Shown piece by piece: positions 1 to 10,600 of a stretch of 64,000 nt of DNA (positions are counted from its first letter, which is position 1; each line of letters opens with the position of its first letter). The DNA lies in contig CAWICY010000004.1 in the NCBI GenBank assembly GCA_963834845.1, positions 2,969,530 through 3,033,529 on the forward strand, written 5' to 3'. Source of the stretch: an uncultured Pseudomonadota bacterium (GTDB lineage Bacteria; Pseudomonadota; Gammaproteobacteria; Burkholderiales; SG8-39). Made by a program: the position numbers and the translations under genes. Under the pieces are notes generated by a model, which searched no databases, was not told the origin of the DNA, and saw only the letters and a list, made by a program, of their open reading frames with translations.

Positions 1-1143
1 CACTTCCTCGGGCGAATATCCAAGCGCCGGCAGGACCGGCCCGATGTGCGGGTATTGCTCGTAGACCCGAAGGATTTGCCGCGGCGCGGAAGCGCGCGGA
101 TCGACGATTGCCGCGGCGCCGGCGCGTTGCGCCGCAACATAGCCCGCGCCGTAGGGCATGCCGCCGTGGGTAATCGTCGGCCCGTCCTCGACCACCAGGA
201 CGCGCTTGCCGCGCACCGCGTCGGGATCGTCGAGCCGGATCTCGAGCGCGGCATGCAGCACCGGGGCGCGCGGGTTCGCGGCCCGGGCGCTGCGCGTCAC
301 CGCGGCGACCGCCTCGGCGCTCGCCGAGTCGACCTTGGACACGACGATCACGTCGGCCATGCGCAGGCAGGTCTCGCCGGGGTGGTAAAGCGTCTCGTCG
401 CCCGCGCGCAACGGGTCGACCAGCACGATGTGCAGGTCGGGGCGCACGAACGGGAAGTCGTTGTTGCCGCCGTCCCACAGGATCAGGTCGGCCTCGCGCT
501 CGGCGAGCGCGATCACGCGCGCGGTGTCGACGCCCGCGTAGACCGTGCTGCCAGCGGCCAGGTGAGGCTCGTATTCCTCGCGCTCCTCGAGCGTGCAGCG
601 CGCCGCTTCGAGGTCGGCGCGCGTCGCGAAGCGCTGCACCGCCTCGCGCTCCAGCTCGCCGTAGGGCATGGGATGGCGCACCACCGCGACGCGCCGTCCG
701 CGCGCGCGCAGCCGCGCCGACAGCCAGCGCGCCAGCGGCGACTTGCCGGCGCCGGTGCGCACCGCCGAGACCGCGATCACCGGCACGCGCGCCCGGATCA
801 TGGTGCGGCGCGGGCCGAGCAGGGCGAAATCGGCGCCCGCGGCGAGCGCGCGCGAGGCGCGGTGCATCACCTCGGCGTGCGGCAGGTCGCTGTAGGCGAG
901 CACCACCAGGTCGATGGCCTCCGCGCGAATGCGCGCTTCGAGTTCGTCCTCGGGCACGATCGGGATGCCCTGCGGGTAGAGCGCTCCGGCGAGCGAAGGC
1001 GGGTAGCGGCGGCCGGCGATGCCGGGGATCTGCGCCGCCGTGAATGCCACCACCTCGCAGCGCGGGTCGTCGCGGTACGCCACGTTGAAGTTGTGGAAGT
1101 CTCGCCCAGCGGCACCCATGATCAGGATGCGTTTGCGCGTCAT
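1..1143 (-). CDS. COG2403-type predicted P-loop GTPase related to cyclic 2,3-diphosphoglycerate synthetase (partial; C-terminus lies beyond the window edge)
   Basis: Absent from the ORF track because it runs off the edge. My minus-strand translation from ATG 1143..1141 reads MTRKRILIMGAAGRDFHNFNVAYRDDPRCEVVAFTAAQIPGIAGRRYP...AVRTGAGKSPLARWL...ILWDGGNNDFPF. ATGA overlap with the rtcA stop. The plus ORF 46..1293 is its Arg/Ala-rich antisense shadow. Confidence 0.7.
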   Translation of the reverse strand, partial: MTRKRILIMGAAGRDFHNFNVAYRDDPRCEVVAFTAAQIPGIAGRRYPPSLAGALYPQGIPIVPEDELEARIRAEAIDLVVLAYSDLPHAEVMHRASRALAAGADFALLGPRRTMIRARVPVIAVSAVRTGAGKSPLARWLSARLRARGRRVAVVRHPMPYGELEREAVQRFATRADLEAARCTLEEREEYEPHLAAGSTVYAGVDTARVIALAEREADLILWDGGNNDFPFVRPDLHIVLVDPLRAGDETLYHPGETCLRMADVIVVSKVDSASAEAVAAVTRSARAANPRAPVLHAALEIRLDDPDAVRGKRVLVVEDGPTITHGGMPYGAGYVAAQRAGAAAIVDPRASAPRQILRVYEQYPHIGPVLPALGYSPEEV

Positions 1144-2177
1144 CGGACATCGACCCTGGTGAGGCGCGCGCCCTGCGCGGCGGCGTCGAAGCGCGCCGGC
1201 AGGAACTGCTCGATCAGCCACATCGCGGTGCGCGCATGGCTCGATAGCGCGCGCGTGGTGAAAACCGATCGGCCTCCCGCGAGCGCCAGGTAGACGAGAA
1301 GCTGGTCGGCGGCGTGCACGTCGAGCGAGGCGCCCGCCTCGAGATCGTCGCGCAGCGACGCGCCGACGCGCTCGCCGAGCGTCTCGGCGGGCACGCCGCG
1401 CTGCGCCACCTCGCCGGCGCCGAGCACGCTCGCCTCGGTGTCCGCCCAGGCGACAATCGCGCCGCCGCTGCCCTGCGCGGCGTCCGCACCGAGCGTTTCA
1501 ATCCAGATTTCCGCTTCCTCGCAGGCTACCGGTCCCAGCGCCTCGAACGTCGCCGAGCGCATGCGCTCGGCGATGTGCGAGGGGAGGTTGGCGACGTGCG
1601 CCGCGCCGCGCACGTCGAGCAGCCGGCCCGGCGTCGGCGCGGTGAACGGACGCAGGCGCGCGCCGTGTTCGAGCGCCAGCTCCACCTCGCCGCCGCCCTG
1701 CGGGAAATAGCCGCGCCGGCGCACGGCGAGGCTCAGGCGCGCGCCCATGCGCTCGAGCAGTCGCAGCAGCACCGCGCGGAAATAGTCGAGCGGCGGCGCG
1801 GCGCGCACGTCGGTGCCGCCTGCGACGAGCACGCGGCACGCGCGGCCGCTCGCGAGCATCACCGGGACGAGCGCCTGCAGCACCAGCGTCACGCTGCCCG
1901 CGGTGCCGACGTCGAAACGGAACTCGCCGCCGCGCGGCGCGCCGGGAACCACGTGCAGCTCGCGCGCGCCGAGCGCCAGGCCTTCGATGCGCGCGCTGCA
2001 CAGCTCGCCGACCGCGCGTACCGCGGTGAGGTGCTGCGCGGCGAGGCCCGGCTTCTTGCGCCGCGCGCGGATGTTGCGGATCTGCGCCGGCTGCCCGGTG
2101 ACCGCTGCCAGCGCGACCGCCGTGCGCAGCAGCTGGCCGCCGCCTTCGCCATGGGAGCCGTCGATATCGAGCATCAT
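1140..2177 (-). CDS. rtcA: RNA 3'-terminal phosphate cyclase
   Basis: 345-aa ORF with an RtcA-like pattern along its full length (LDIDGSHGEGGGQLLRTAVALAAVTGQP.IRNIRARRKKPGL; GGTDV..APP.DY; HAADQLLVYLALA). Its start abuts the PRTase stop and its stop overlaps the next start (ATGA). Confidence 0.9.
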   Translation of the reverse strand: MMLDIDGSHGEGGGQLLRTAVALAAVTGQPAQIRNIRARRKKPGLAAQHLTAVRAVGELCSARIEGLALGARELHVVPGAPRGGEFRFDVGTAGSVTLVLQALVPVMLASGRACRVLVAGGTDVRAAPPLDYFRAVLLRLLERMGARLSLAVRRRGYFPQGGGEVELALEHGARLRPFTAPTPGRLLDVRGAAHVANLPSHIAERMRSATFEALGPVACEEAEIWIETLGADAAQGSGGAIVAWADTEASVLGAGEVAQRGVPAETLGERVGASLRDDLEAGASLDVHAADQLLVYLALAGGRSVFTTRALSSHARTAMWLIEQFLPARFDAAAQGARLTRVDVR

Positions 2178-2855
2178 TCAGCGCGCGAGCAACGCGTCGA
2201 GCTCTTCGTCGCCGACGTCGTGCCAGGCTTCATAGGCATCGGCGACCGCGTAGCGCCGCGCACCGCGCACGTTGGCGCAGTAGACCGCATCGGCGAGCGG
2301 CGCCAGGGTCGCGAGCGCGTCGGCATGGCCGGTGGGCACGGCAATCGCGATGTCCGTCGCGCCCGCGCGGCGCAGCGCGGCGAGCGCGGTGCGCAGCGTT
2401 GATCCGGCAGCGACGCCGTCGTCGACCACGATCACCGTGCGCGCCGCGAGCACGGGCAGGGGACGCGCGCCGCGCAGACGCGCCACGCGGCGCCGCACTT
2501 TGGCGAGCGCCGCGTCGGTCTGGCGGCGCACATCGTCCTTGCGCAGGCCGAAATCGGCCACGCGCGCCTCGTCGATCCACACGCTGCCGTCGAACGCGAC
2601 GGCGCCGAATCCTGCCTCGGTGGTCCACGGCAGAAGAATCTTGCTCACCATCGCGACGTCGAGCTCGAGCTTGAGCCGCGCGGCGATCTGCGCTGCCACC
2701 GGCACGCCGCCCGCGGGCACCGCGAGCACCAGCGCGTTGCCGCCGCGGTAGGCCTCGAGCATGCCGGCGAGCACTTCGCCCGCATGCGCGCGGTCGCGGA
2801 ACACCGGCGCGCGGTTGCGCAGCGCCTCGAGCTCGTGGACCCGCTCAGACGGCAT
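2178..2855 (-). CDS. phosphoribosyltransferase-family protein (paralog 1)
   Basis: 225-aa ORF with the PRPP-binding loop [14 protein letters not shown]. Paralogous to 38031..38675. Its start overlaps the 3' end of the upstream UvrA-like gene by 11 nt. Confidence 0.8.
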   Translation of the reverse strand: MPSERVHELEALRNRAPVFRDRAHAGEVLAGMLEAYRGGNALVLAVPAGGVPVAAQIAARLKLELDVAMVSKILLPWTTEAGFGAVAFDGSVWIDEARVADFGLRKDDVRRQTDAALAKVRRRVARLRGARPLPVLAARTVIVVDDGVAAGSTLRTALAALRRAGATDIAIAVPTGHADALATLAPLADAVYCANVRGARRYAVADAYEAWHDVGDEELDALLAR

Positions 2856-5499
2856 GCGCGGCGCTGGCGCGCTCGGCGAGGAACGCGGAGAGCACGCGCG
2901 CGGTGTGCGAGTCGGCGCCCGCGGCGGCCTCCGGCGGGCCCTGGAACACGATGCGCCCGCCGCCGGCGCCGCCCTCGGGGCCGAGGTCGACGATCCAGTC
3001 GGCCTCGGCGATGACGTCGAGGTTGTGCTCGATCACGAGCACGCTGTTGCCGGCGTCGACCAGCCGGTGCAGCACGCGGATCAGCTTCTCGACGTCGGCC
3101 ATGTGCAGGCCGACGGTGGGCTCGTCGAGCACGTAGAGCGTATGCGGTCGTGCGCCGCGGGCCGGCGCACCTTGGAAAGCTCGGTGACCAGCTTGATGCG
3201 CTGCGCCTCGCCGCCCGAGAGCGTCGGGCTCTGCTGGCCGAGCGTGAGGTAGCCCAGGCCGACGTCCTGCAGCAGCCGCAGCGCGTGGTGGATCGACGGG
3301 TGCGCGCCGAAGAACTCGACCGCCTCGTCGACGCTCATCGCCAGCACCTCGCCGATGGTCCTGCCGCGCCAGCGCACCGCCAGCGTCTCGGGGTTGAAGC
3401 GCGCGCCGCCGCAGGCTTCGCAGGGCACCTTCACGTCGGGCAGGAAGCTCATCTCGATGCGTCTTCAGGCCCTGGCCCTCGCAGGCTTCGCAGCGCCCGC
3501 CCTTGGTGTTGAACGAGAAGCGGCTCGCGCTCTAGCCGCGCATGCGCGCCTCGCTGGTGTCGGCGAACAGCCTGCGGATCTGGTCCCAGAAGCCGACGTA
3601 GGTCGCCGGGCAGGAGCGCGGCGTCTTGCCGATCGGCGTCTGGTCGACTTCGAGCACGCGCTCGACCGCTGCCGCCGTGATGCCCTTGCAGCCGAGCCGG
3701 CGCTTCCTGTGCGCTGCCGACGGCTGCGCGGTTCGAGCAGCACGTCGCGCGCCAGCGTGGACTTGCCCGAGCCCGACACGCCGGTCACCGCGACCAGCCG
3801 CGCCGAGCGGCACGCGCAGGTCGATCTCCGCGAGGTTGTGCAGGAAGGCTGCCTTCGACCTCGACCGCAGCGCCCCGCGCCGCGACCGGGCGGCGCGGCT
3901 GCAGCGGATGGCGCAGCGGGTGGGCGAGAAAGCGCCCGGTGACCGAATCGGGCAGTGGCCATCAGCTCCTCGGCCGTGCCCTCGCCGATCACGCGGCCGC
4001 CGAGCTTGCCGGCGCCCGGTCCGAGGTCGATCACGTGGTCGCGCGCGGCGGATGGTGTCCTCGTCGTGCTCGACCACCACCAGCGTGTTGCCCTTCGCTT
4101 CGAGCTTCTCCAGCGTGTCGAGCAGGATGCGGTTGTCGCGCGGGTGCAGGCCGATGGTCGGCTCGTCGAGGATGTAGCACACGCCGCGCAGGTTGGAGCC
4201 GAGCTGCGCGGCGAGCCGGATGCGCTGCGCCTCGCCGCCGGAGAGCGTCGGCGCCGAGCGGTCGAGCGCCAGGTAGCCGAGCCCGACCTCGCTCGAGGAA
4301 CTCCAGACGGCTCGACAGCTCGGCGAGCAGGTCGCGCGCGATCTCGCGCTCGCGTCCTTCGAGCGCGACGCCGGCGAACAGTGCGGCGAGCTCCTCGACC
4401 GGCCGCGCGCCGTAGTCGGCGATCGATTCGCCGCGGAAGCGCACCGCCAGCGCCTCGGGATTGAGGCGCCTGCCGTCGCAGCGGGGCAGGCCTCGTCGAC
4501 CTCGAGCCACTCGATCCAGGAATCGAGCACGTGGTCCTCCGCGCCGGTGCGTGCGCGCTCGTCGTTCCACTCGACCTCGGCGATCTTCAGCCCCGTGCCG
4601 TAGCAGGCGGCGCACCAGCCGTGCTTGGAGTTGTAGGAGAACAGCCGCGGGTCGAGCTCGGCGAAGCTGCGCCCGCACGAGGGCAGGCGCGCTTGGTCGA
4701 GTAGCGCGCCTGGTGCAGCACCATATCCACCAGGCCCTTCGCCTTGGAGGCGGCCTTCACCAGCGCATCGAGGTCGGAGAGCACGTGCACCACGCCCTTG
4801 CCGAATTCCAGCGCTTGCGACAGCTCGGCGCGCAGCGCGCGCTCGTTCGCAGGCAGTACGCGCAGATCGGCCACCGGCAGCTCGATGTTGTGCTCCTTGA
4901 ACCGGTCGATGCGCGGGAACGGATCGACCGGCAGGAACGCGCCGTCGACGCGCAGGCTGTTGTAGCCCTTCGCCTTGGCCCATTTCGCGAGGTCGGTGTA
5001 GTACGCCCTTGCGGTTCACGACCAGCGGCGCGAGCAGCCCGATGCGCTGGCCGCGGTACTCGCGCAGCAGGCGCGCGGCGATCGCGTCCTCGCTCTGCGG
5101 CTCGATCGGCACGTCGGCAGTCGGGGCAGTACTGGGTGCCGAGCTTGACGAAGAGCAGGCGCAGGAAGTGGTGGATCTCGGTGAGCGTGCCGACCGTGCT
5201 CTTCCTGCCGCCGCGGCTGGTGCGCTGCTCGATCGCCACCGTCGGCGGGATGCCGAAGATGGCGTCGACGTCGGGGCGCGAGGCGGCTGCACGAACTGGC
5301 GCGCGTAGGCGTTGAGCGACTCGAGGTAGCGGCGCTGGCCCTCGGCGAACAGGATGTCGAAGGCGAGCGTCGACTTGCCCGAGCCCGACACGCCGGTGAT
5401 CACGGTGAAGCGGTTGCGCGGGATGTCGACGTCGATGTTCTTCAGGTTGTGCTCGCGCGCGTTGTGGATCCGGATCGCATTGCCGAGATAGCGACGCAT
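2845..5499 (-). pseudogene. UvrA-family ABC ATPase, downstream copy, disrupted by many frameshifts and one in-frame TAG
   Basis: UvrA segments are spread over three frames. Examples: [61 protein letters not shown]; AIEQRTSRGGRKSTVGTLTEIHHFLRLLF; [37 protein letters not shown]; [19 protein letters not shown]; [15 protein letters not shown]; [41 protein letters not shown] count at least 12 frame changes. TAG at 3532-3534 replaces the Tyr of the conserved RGY..RFSFN motif. Confidence 0.85.
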
Positions 5500-5509
5500 G
5501 GCTTTCGCT

Positions 5510-8338
5510 TTACTCGCGGAGTTTGTTGTGTACAATGCTTTTTCGTAATCCCGCAACGCCCGCGCCGGTGTGCGAGGTCTCGTGGCGCATCACCTGCTCG
5601 GGCGTGCCTGTCGCAGACCAGCGCGCCGCCGGCGTCGCCGCCCTCGGGGCCGAGGTCGATGATCCAGTCGGAGGCGCGGATCACGTCGAGGTTGTGCTCG
5701 ATCACCACCAGCGAGTGCCCGGCGGCGAGCAGCCGGCGGAACGACTTGAGCAGCTTGGCGATGTCGTCGAAATGCAGGCCGGTGGTCGGCTCGTCGAACA
5801 GGAACAAGCTTATTCGAGCCTGGCCCCTTTATCGCTTCTGCCAGGTGGCCCGCAAGCTTCAGGCGCTGCGCCTCGCCGCCGGAGAGCGTCGGCACCGGCT
5901 GGCCGAGCCGCAGGTATTCCAGGCCGACGTCGGCGAGCGGCGCGAGGCGCGCCTCGACTTCGCGCTCGCCGGCGAAGAACGCGAGCGCCTCGGATACCGT
6001 CATCTCGAGCACGTCCGCGATGCTCTTGCCGCGCAGCGCCACCTCGAGCACCTCGGGGCGGAAGCGCTTGCCGTCGCAGTCCGGGCAGCGCAGGTAGACG
6101 TCCGACAGGAACTGCATCTCGACGTGCTCGAAGCCGTTGCCGCCGCAGGTCGGGCAGCGGCCGTTGCCGGCGTTGAAGCTGAAGGTGCCGGCGGTGTAGC
6201 GCGCGCTCCCTGGCGAGCGGCGCGCGCGCGTAGAGCGCGCGGATCGCGTCCAAGGCGCCGACGTAGCTCGCCGGGTTCGAACGCGTGGTCTTGCCGATGG
6301 GCGACTGGTCGACCATCACCACCTCGGCGATTCTCTCCGCGCCGCGCAGCGCGCGGTGCGCGCCGGCGCCTCGGTCGGCTTGCCCTTGGACTTGAGCAGC
6401 GCGGGATAGAGCACGTCCTGCACCAGCGTCGACTTGCCCGATCCGGACACGCCGGTGACGCATACCAGGCGCTGCAGCGGGATCGCCACGTCGAGGTCTT
6501 TCAGGTTGTGCTCGCTCGCGCCGTGGATTTCCAGGAAATCCTTTCCGGCCCCGGAACCGGCCACGCCTGCGTCGGCGCGCCTGCGCCCGGACAGGTACTC
6601 GGCGGTCAGCGTGTCGCGCTGCGTCAGTTCCTGCGGCGCGCCGAAGAACACCACCTCGCCGCCGCGCTCGCCCGGGCCCGGCCCCATGTCGAGAATGCGG
6701 TCGGCGGCGAACATGATCTGCGGGTCGTGCTCGACCACCACCAGCGAGTTGCCGGCGTCGCGCAGGCGCTGCATCACCTCGATCACGCGCCCCATGTCGC
6801 GCGGGTGCAGGCCGATCGACGGCTCGTCGAGCACGAACAGCGTGTTGACCAGCGAGGTGCCGAGCGCGGTGGTGAGGTTGATGCGCTGCACTTCGCCGCC
6901 CGAGAGCGTGCGCGACTGGCGGTCGAGGGTCAGGTAGGAAAGCCCGACTTCGCACAGATAGCGCAGCCGCGCACGGATCTCGGCGAGCAGCAGCTCGGTC
7001 GCCTCGTCCGCGGGCGCGGGCAGCGTGAGTGCGTCCATGAAGGCGCGCACGCGCTCGATCGGCAGCAGCATCAGGTCGTGGATCGAGTGCGGCCCGATGC
7101 GCCACAGCGTGGCGTCGGGCTTGAGACGGGCGCCGCCGCAGGCCTCGCACTCCGTGTACGCCCGGTACTTCGACAGCAGCACGCGGATGTGCATCTTGTA
7201 GGCCTTGGTCTCGAGCCACTTGAAGAAGCGCCGCACGCCGTACCAGGTGCCCGGCCAGCTCTTGCGCCAGCTCACCCAGTCGGACTCGCCTTCCAGGACC
7301 CAGGTTCTTTGTTGTTCAGAGAGTTCTCTCCACGGGGTATCCAGAGCGATGCCGCGTTTCTTGGCGTATTTCACCAGGTCGTCCTGGCACTCCTTGAAGC
7401 TCGCCGTCTGCCAGGGCCGCACCGCGCCCTCGCGCAAGGTCTTGCCCTCGTCGGGGACCACCAGGCCGAAGTCGACGCCGATCACGCGGCCGAAGCCGCG
7501 GCAGGTGTCGCAGGCGCCGAGCGGCGAGTTGAACGAGAACGCCGCCGGCGTCGGCTCGCGCGTAGTGGATGTCGCAGTCGGCGCAGTGCAGGTCGCGACG
7601 AGATAGCGTCCAGGCGGTTTCGCCGCGGCATCCGACTCGCCCACGAGTAGACGTTGACCTTTCCCTGGCCCACGCGCAGCGCCGCCTCCAGCGCCTCGAT
7701 GACGCGCGCGCGCTCGGCCGACGACATGCGCAGCCGGTCCTGCACCACCTCGAGCCGGTCCCTGGCGCGGGAATGGATGCGCGTATAGCCCTGGCGCTCG
7801 AGCAGCTGCAGCACTTCCTGCTCGCCGAAGTTCTTCGGCACCGGCACCGGGAAGGTGACGACCAGGCGCGGGTCGCCGGCCTGCGCGGCACGCGCGGCCA
7901 GCGCGCCGAAGATCGAGTCGGGCGTGTCGCGCGTCACCGGCTTGCCGCAACCGCGGCAGTAGAGCGTCGCGGCGCGCGCATACAGCAGCTTCAGGTGGTC
8001 GTTCAGCTCGGTCATGGTGCCGACCGTAGAGCGCGAGGTGCGCACCGGATTGGTCTGGTCGATGGCGATGGCCGGCGGAATGCCCTCGATCGCGTCGACC
8101 TGCGGCTTGTCCATGCGGTCGAGGAACTGGCGCGCGTACGGGCTGAGAAGGTCTCGACGTAGCGCCGCTGGCCCTCGGCATACAGCGTGTCGAAGACGAG
8201 CGACGACTTGCCCGAGCCCGACACGCCGGTGACCACGACCAGCTCGCCAGTCGGAATCGCCAGGGACAGATTCTTGAGGTTGTTCTGCCGTGCGCCGCGA
8301 ACGACGATCGCCTCGGCGGGGAAGGATTCGGGTTTCAC
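5510..8338 (-). pseudogene. UvrA-family ABC ATPase, upstream copy, disrupted by about 8 frameshifts
   Basis: GTG start at 8338: [62 protein letters not shown]. Later pieces lie in other frames: [35 protein letters not shown]; FSFNSPLGACDTCRGFG; [37 protein letters not shown]; [17 protein letters not shown]; [15 protein letters not shown]; [15 protein letters not shown]. The frame-corrected stop is TAA 5510-5512, 10 nt before the next copy's ATG at 5499. Confidence 0.85.
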
Positions 8339-8403
8339 GGATACGCAATGCCGGAAGGAGGCGTATTGTTATAGTGTTGGAACGAGCGCGCAAGGAGAAG
8401 GCC

Positions 8404-9756
8404 TTGAATCTGCGCAAACTGGTGTTGCTGACGGCGATTCTGCTCGTCCCGGCGCTCGCGCGCGCCGCGCCGGTGCTGGTGCTCACGATCGACGGCCCGA
8501 TCGGGCCGGCGACCGCCGACTACGTGCACCGCGGGCTGGAAGCGCGCGGCGAAGGACGGCGCGCAGCTGGTGGTGCTGCAGATGGACACGCCGGGCGGCC
8601 TCGACACCGCGATGCGCGCGATCATCAAGGACATCCTCGCCTCGCCGGTGCCGGTGGCCGCCTACGTCGCGCCGTCCGGCGCGCGCGCCGCGAGCGCCGG
8701 CACCTACATCCTGTACGCGAGCCATTTCGCCGCGATGGCGCCGGCGACCAACCTGGGCGCGGCGACCCCGATCGCGATCGGCGCGCCGTCCGCGCCGGCG
8801 CCCGCCAAGACCGACAAGAAGGACAAGAAGGGCAAGGCGGAGGATTCCGGCAGCACGCTGGAGCACAAGATGGTGCACGACGCCTCGGCCTACATCCGCG
8901 GCCTGGCGCAGCTGCGCGGGCGCAACGCCGACTGGGCCGAGCGCGCGGTGCGCGAGGCGGTCAGCCTGTCCGTCGAGCGAGGCGGCGAAGATCAAGGTGA
9001 TCGACTTCGTCGCCGACGAGCGTGCCGGCGCTGCTCGAGAAGCTCGACGGGCGCAAGGTCAAGGCGGCGGGCGTCGAGCACACGCTGCGCGTCGCCGGCG
9101 CCAAGGTCGACGAGTTCGAGCTCGGCTGGCGCACCAAGCTGCTCGGCGTGATCACCAACCCGAGCGTCGCCTACCTGCTGGTGCTGCTCGGCATCTACGC
9201 GCTGCTCTTCGAGTTCTCCAACCCGGGCCTGGTGCTGCCGGGCGTGGTCGGCGCGATCTGCATCCTGCTCGCGATGTACGCGTTCCAGCTGCTGCCGGTC
9301 AACTACGCCGGGCTGGCGCTGATCCTGCTCGGCATCGCGTTCATGATCGGCGAGGCCTTCCTGCCCGCGTTCGGCTCGCTCGGCATCGGCGGGCTGATCG
9401 CGTTCGTCATCGGCTCGATCATCCTGATCGACACCGACGTGCCGGGCTTCGAGATTCCCTACGCGCTGATCGGCGGCATCGCGGCGGCGAGCGCCGCGTT
9501 CCTGATCCTGGTGATCGGCATGCTGGTGAGGGCGCCGCAAGCGGCCCGGTGGTGAGCGGCCGCGAGGAGATGATCGGCGCCAGCGGCGAGGCGCTCGAAG
9601 ACATCAGCGGCGAGGGCTGGGCGCGCGTGCACAGCGAGAACTGGCGCGTGCGCGCGAGCGAGCCGGTCAGGAACGGACAGCGCGCTGCGCGTCAAGGCGA
9701 TCGACGGCCTGGTGCTCGACGTCGCCGCCGAGCCAGGCAACGGCAACGGAGGCTAA
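8404..9756 (+). pseudogene. nfeD: NfeD-family membrane-bound ClpP-class serine protease, about 5 frameshifts
   Basis: TTG 8404 follows AAGGAGAAG. The signal peptide and [18 protein letters not shown] are in one frame. [48 protein letters not shown] is in a second frame. The membrane region [12 protein letters not shown]...[26 protein letters not shown] is in a third. The C-terminal OB part [35 protein letters not shown] then shifts again. Frame changes lie near 8547, 8985, 9022, 9545 and 9690. Confidence 0.8.
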
Positions 9757-9758
9757 CC

Positions 9759-10533
9759 ATGATATTCAACTTCGGCTTCAGTTTCGCCTACGGCGCGCTG
9801 ATCATCGTCATCCTGCTGGTGGTCGCGTCGCTGCGCATCCTGCGCGAGTACGAGCGCGGCGTGGTCTTCCTGCTCGGGCGCTTCTGGAGGGTCAAGGGGC
9901 CGGGCCTGATCATCATCATCCCGGGCATCCAGCAGATGGTGCGCGTGGACCTGCGCACGCTGGTGCTCGACGTGCCGAGCCAGGACGTGATCTCGCGCGA
10001 CAACGTCTCGGTCAAGGTCAACGCGGTGGTGTACTTCCGCGTCGTCGACCCGGAGAAGGCGATCATCCAGGTGGCCGACTTCCTCGGCGCCACCAGCCAG
10101 CTGGCGCAGACCACGCTGCGCGCGGTGCTCGGCAAGCACGAGCTCGACGAGATGCTGGCCGAGCGCGAGAAGCTCAATCTCGACATCCAGACGGTGCTCG
10201 ATGCGCAGACCGACGCCTGGGGCATCAAGGTGGCGAACGTCGAGATCAAGCACGTCGACCTGAACGAGTCGATGGTGCGCGCGATCGCGCAGCAGGCCGA
10301 GGCCGAGCGCGAGCGGCGCGCCAAGGTCATCCATGCCGAGGGCGAGCTGCAGGCCGCGGAGAAGCTGCTGCGAGGCGGCGCAGATGCTGTCGCAGCGTAC
10401 CGAGGCGATGCAGCTGCGCTACCTGCAGACCCTGACGCAGATCGCCGGCGACAAGACTTCGACCATCGTGTTCCCGGTGCCGATCGACCTGCTGTCCAAC
10501 GTCATGTCGGCGGTCAAGAGGCGCGGGGACTGA
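9759..10533 (+). CDS. SPFH/Band-7 (stomatin-like) protein, one frameshift near 10370
   Basis: [66 protein letters not shown]...[20 protein letters not shown], then the reading continues in the frame of ORF 10333..10533 ([37 protein letters not shown]). Classic nfeD-SPFH pair, 2 nt after the nfeD stop. Confidence 0.85.
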
Positions 10534-10553
10534 GCGCCGCCGCGAGCGGTTTC

Positions 10554-10567
10554 TTGAGTTAGATCAA
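10554..10567. promoter_or_regulatory. FNR/Anr-type box TTGAGTTAGATCAA upstream of phaC
   Basis: Match to the TTGA-N6-TCAA palindrome in the 67-nt SPFH-phaC spacer. The box centre is 41 nt before ATG 10601. Confidence 0.55.
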
Positions 10568-10600
10568 CTCTGTGCAGCGGGGGCGGCGCATGCTGGGACT

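Noticed and set aside
46-1293. Long Arg/Ala/Gly/His-rich ORFs in the track, for example 46..1293(+), 1314..2402(+), 5449..7650(+), 8187..10562(+, upstream part), 10559..12199(-), 12324..13436(+), 13831..16152(-), 18525..20651(+), 18652..20142(-), 31559..33715(-), 47886..49364(-), 60944..62845(-)
   Set aside because: They lie antisense to, or out of frame with, clearly conserved genes. They have the low-complexity composition typical of stop-poor alternative frames in high-GC DNA and show no recognisable motifs.
2856-2960. Search for a sigma-54 promoter (TGGCAC-N5-TTGC) or RtcR-type upstream activator sites in front of the PRTase-rtcA operon, and a weak TGGCAG-N5-TTCC near 42650
   Set aside because: No acceptable -24/-12 element was found. 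The 42650 string lacks the conserved GC of the -12 element.
5806-5868. Relatively AT-rich patch bounded by two AAGCTT (HindIII) sites inside the upstream UvrA copy, considered as a foreign insertion or cloning scar
   Set aside because: It reads in frame as the variable linker between the ABC signature ([18 protein letters not shown]) and Walker B ([11 protein letters not shown]), where UvrA proteins normally carry a non-conserved stretch. There are no terminal repeats or target duplication.
6263-6280. tRNA-like GGTTCGAA strings (about 6267 and about 53109), checked as possible T-arm sequences
   Set aside because: No flanking acceptor, D or anticodon stems can be drawn, and both lie inside conserved coding sequence. 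No tRNA, rRNA or tmRNA signature was seen anywhere in the window.
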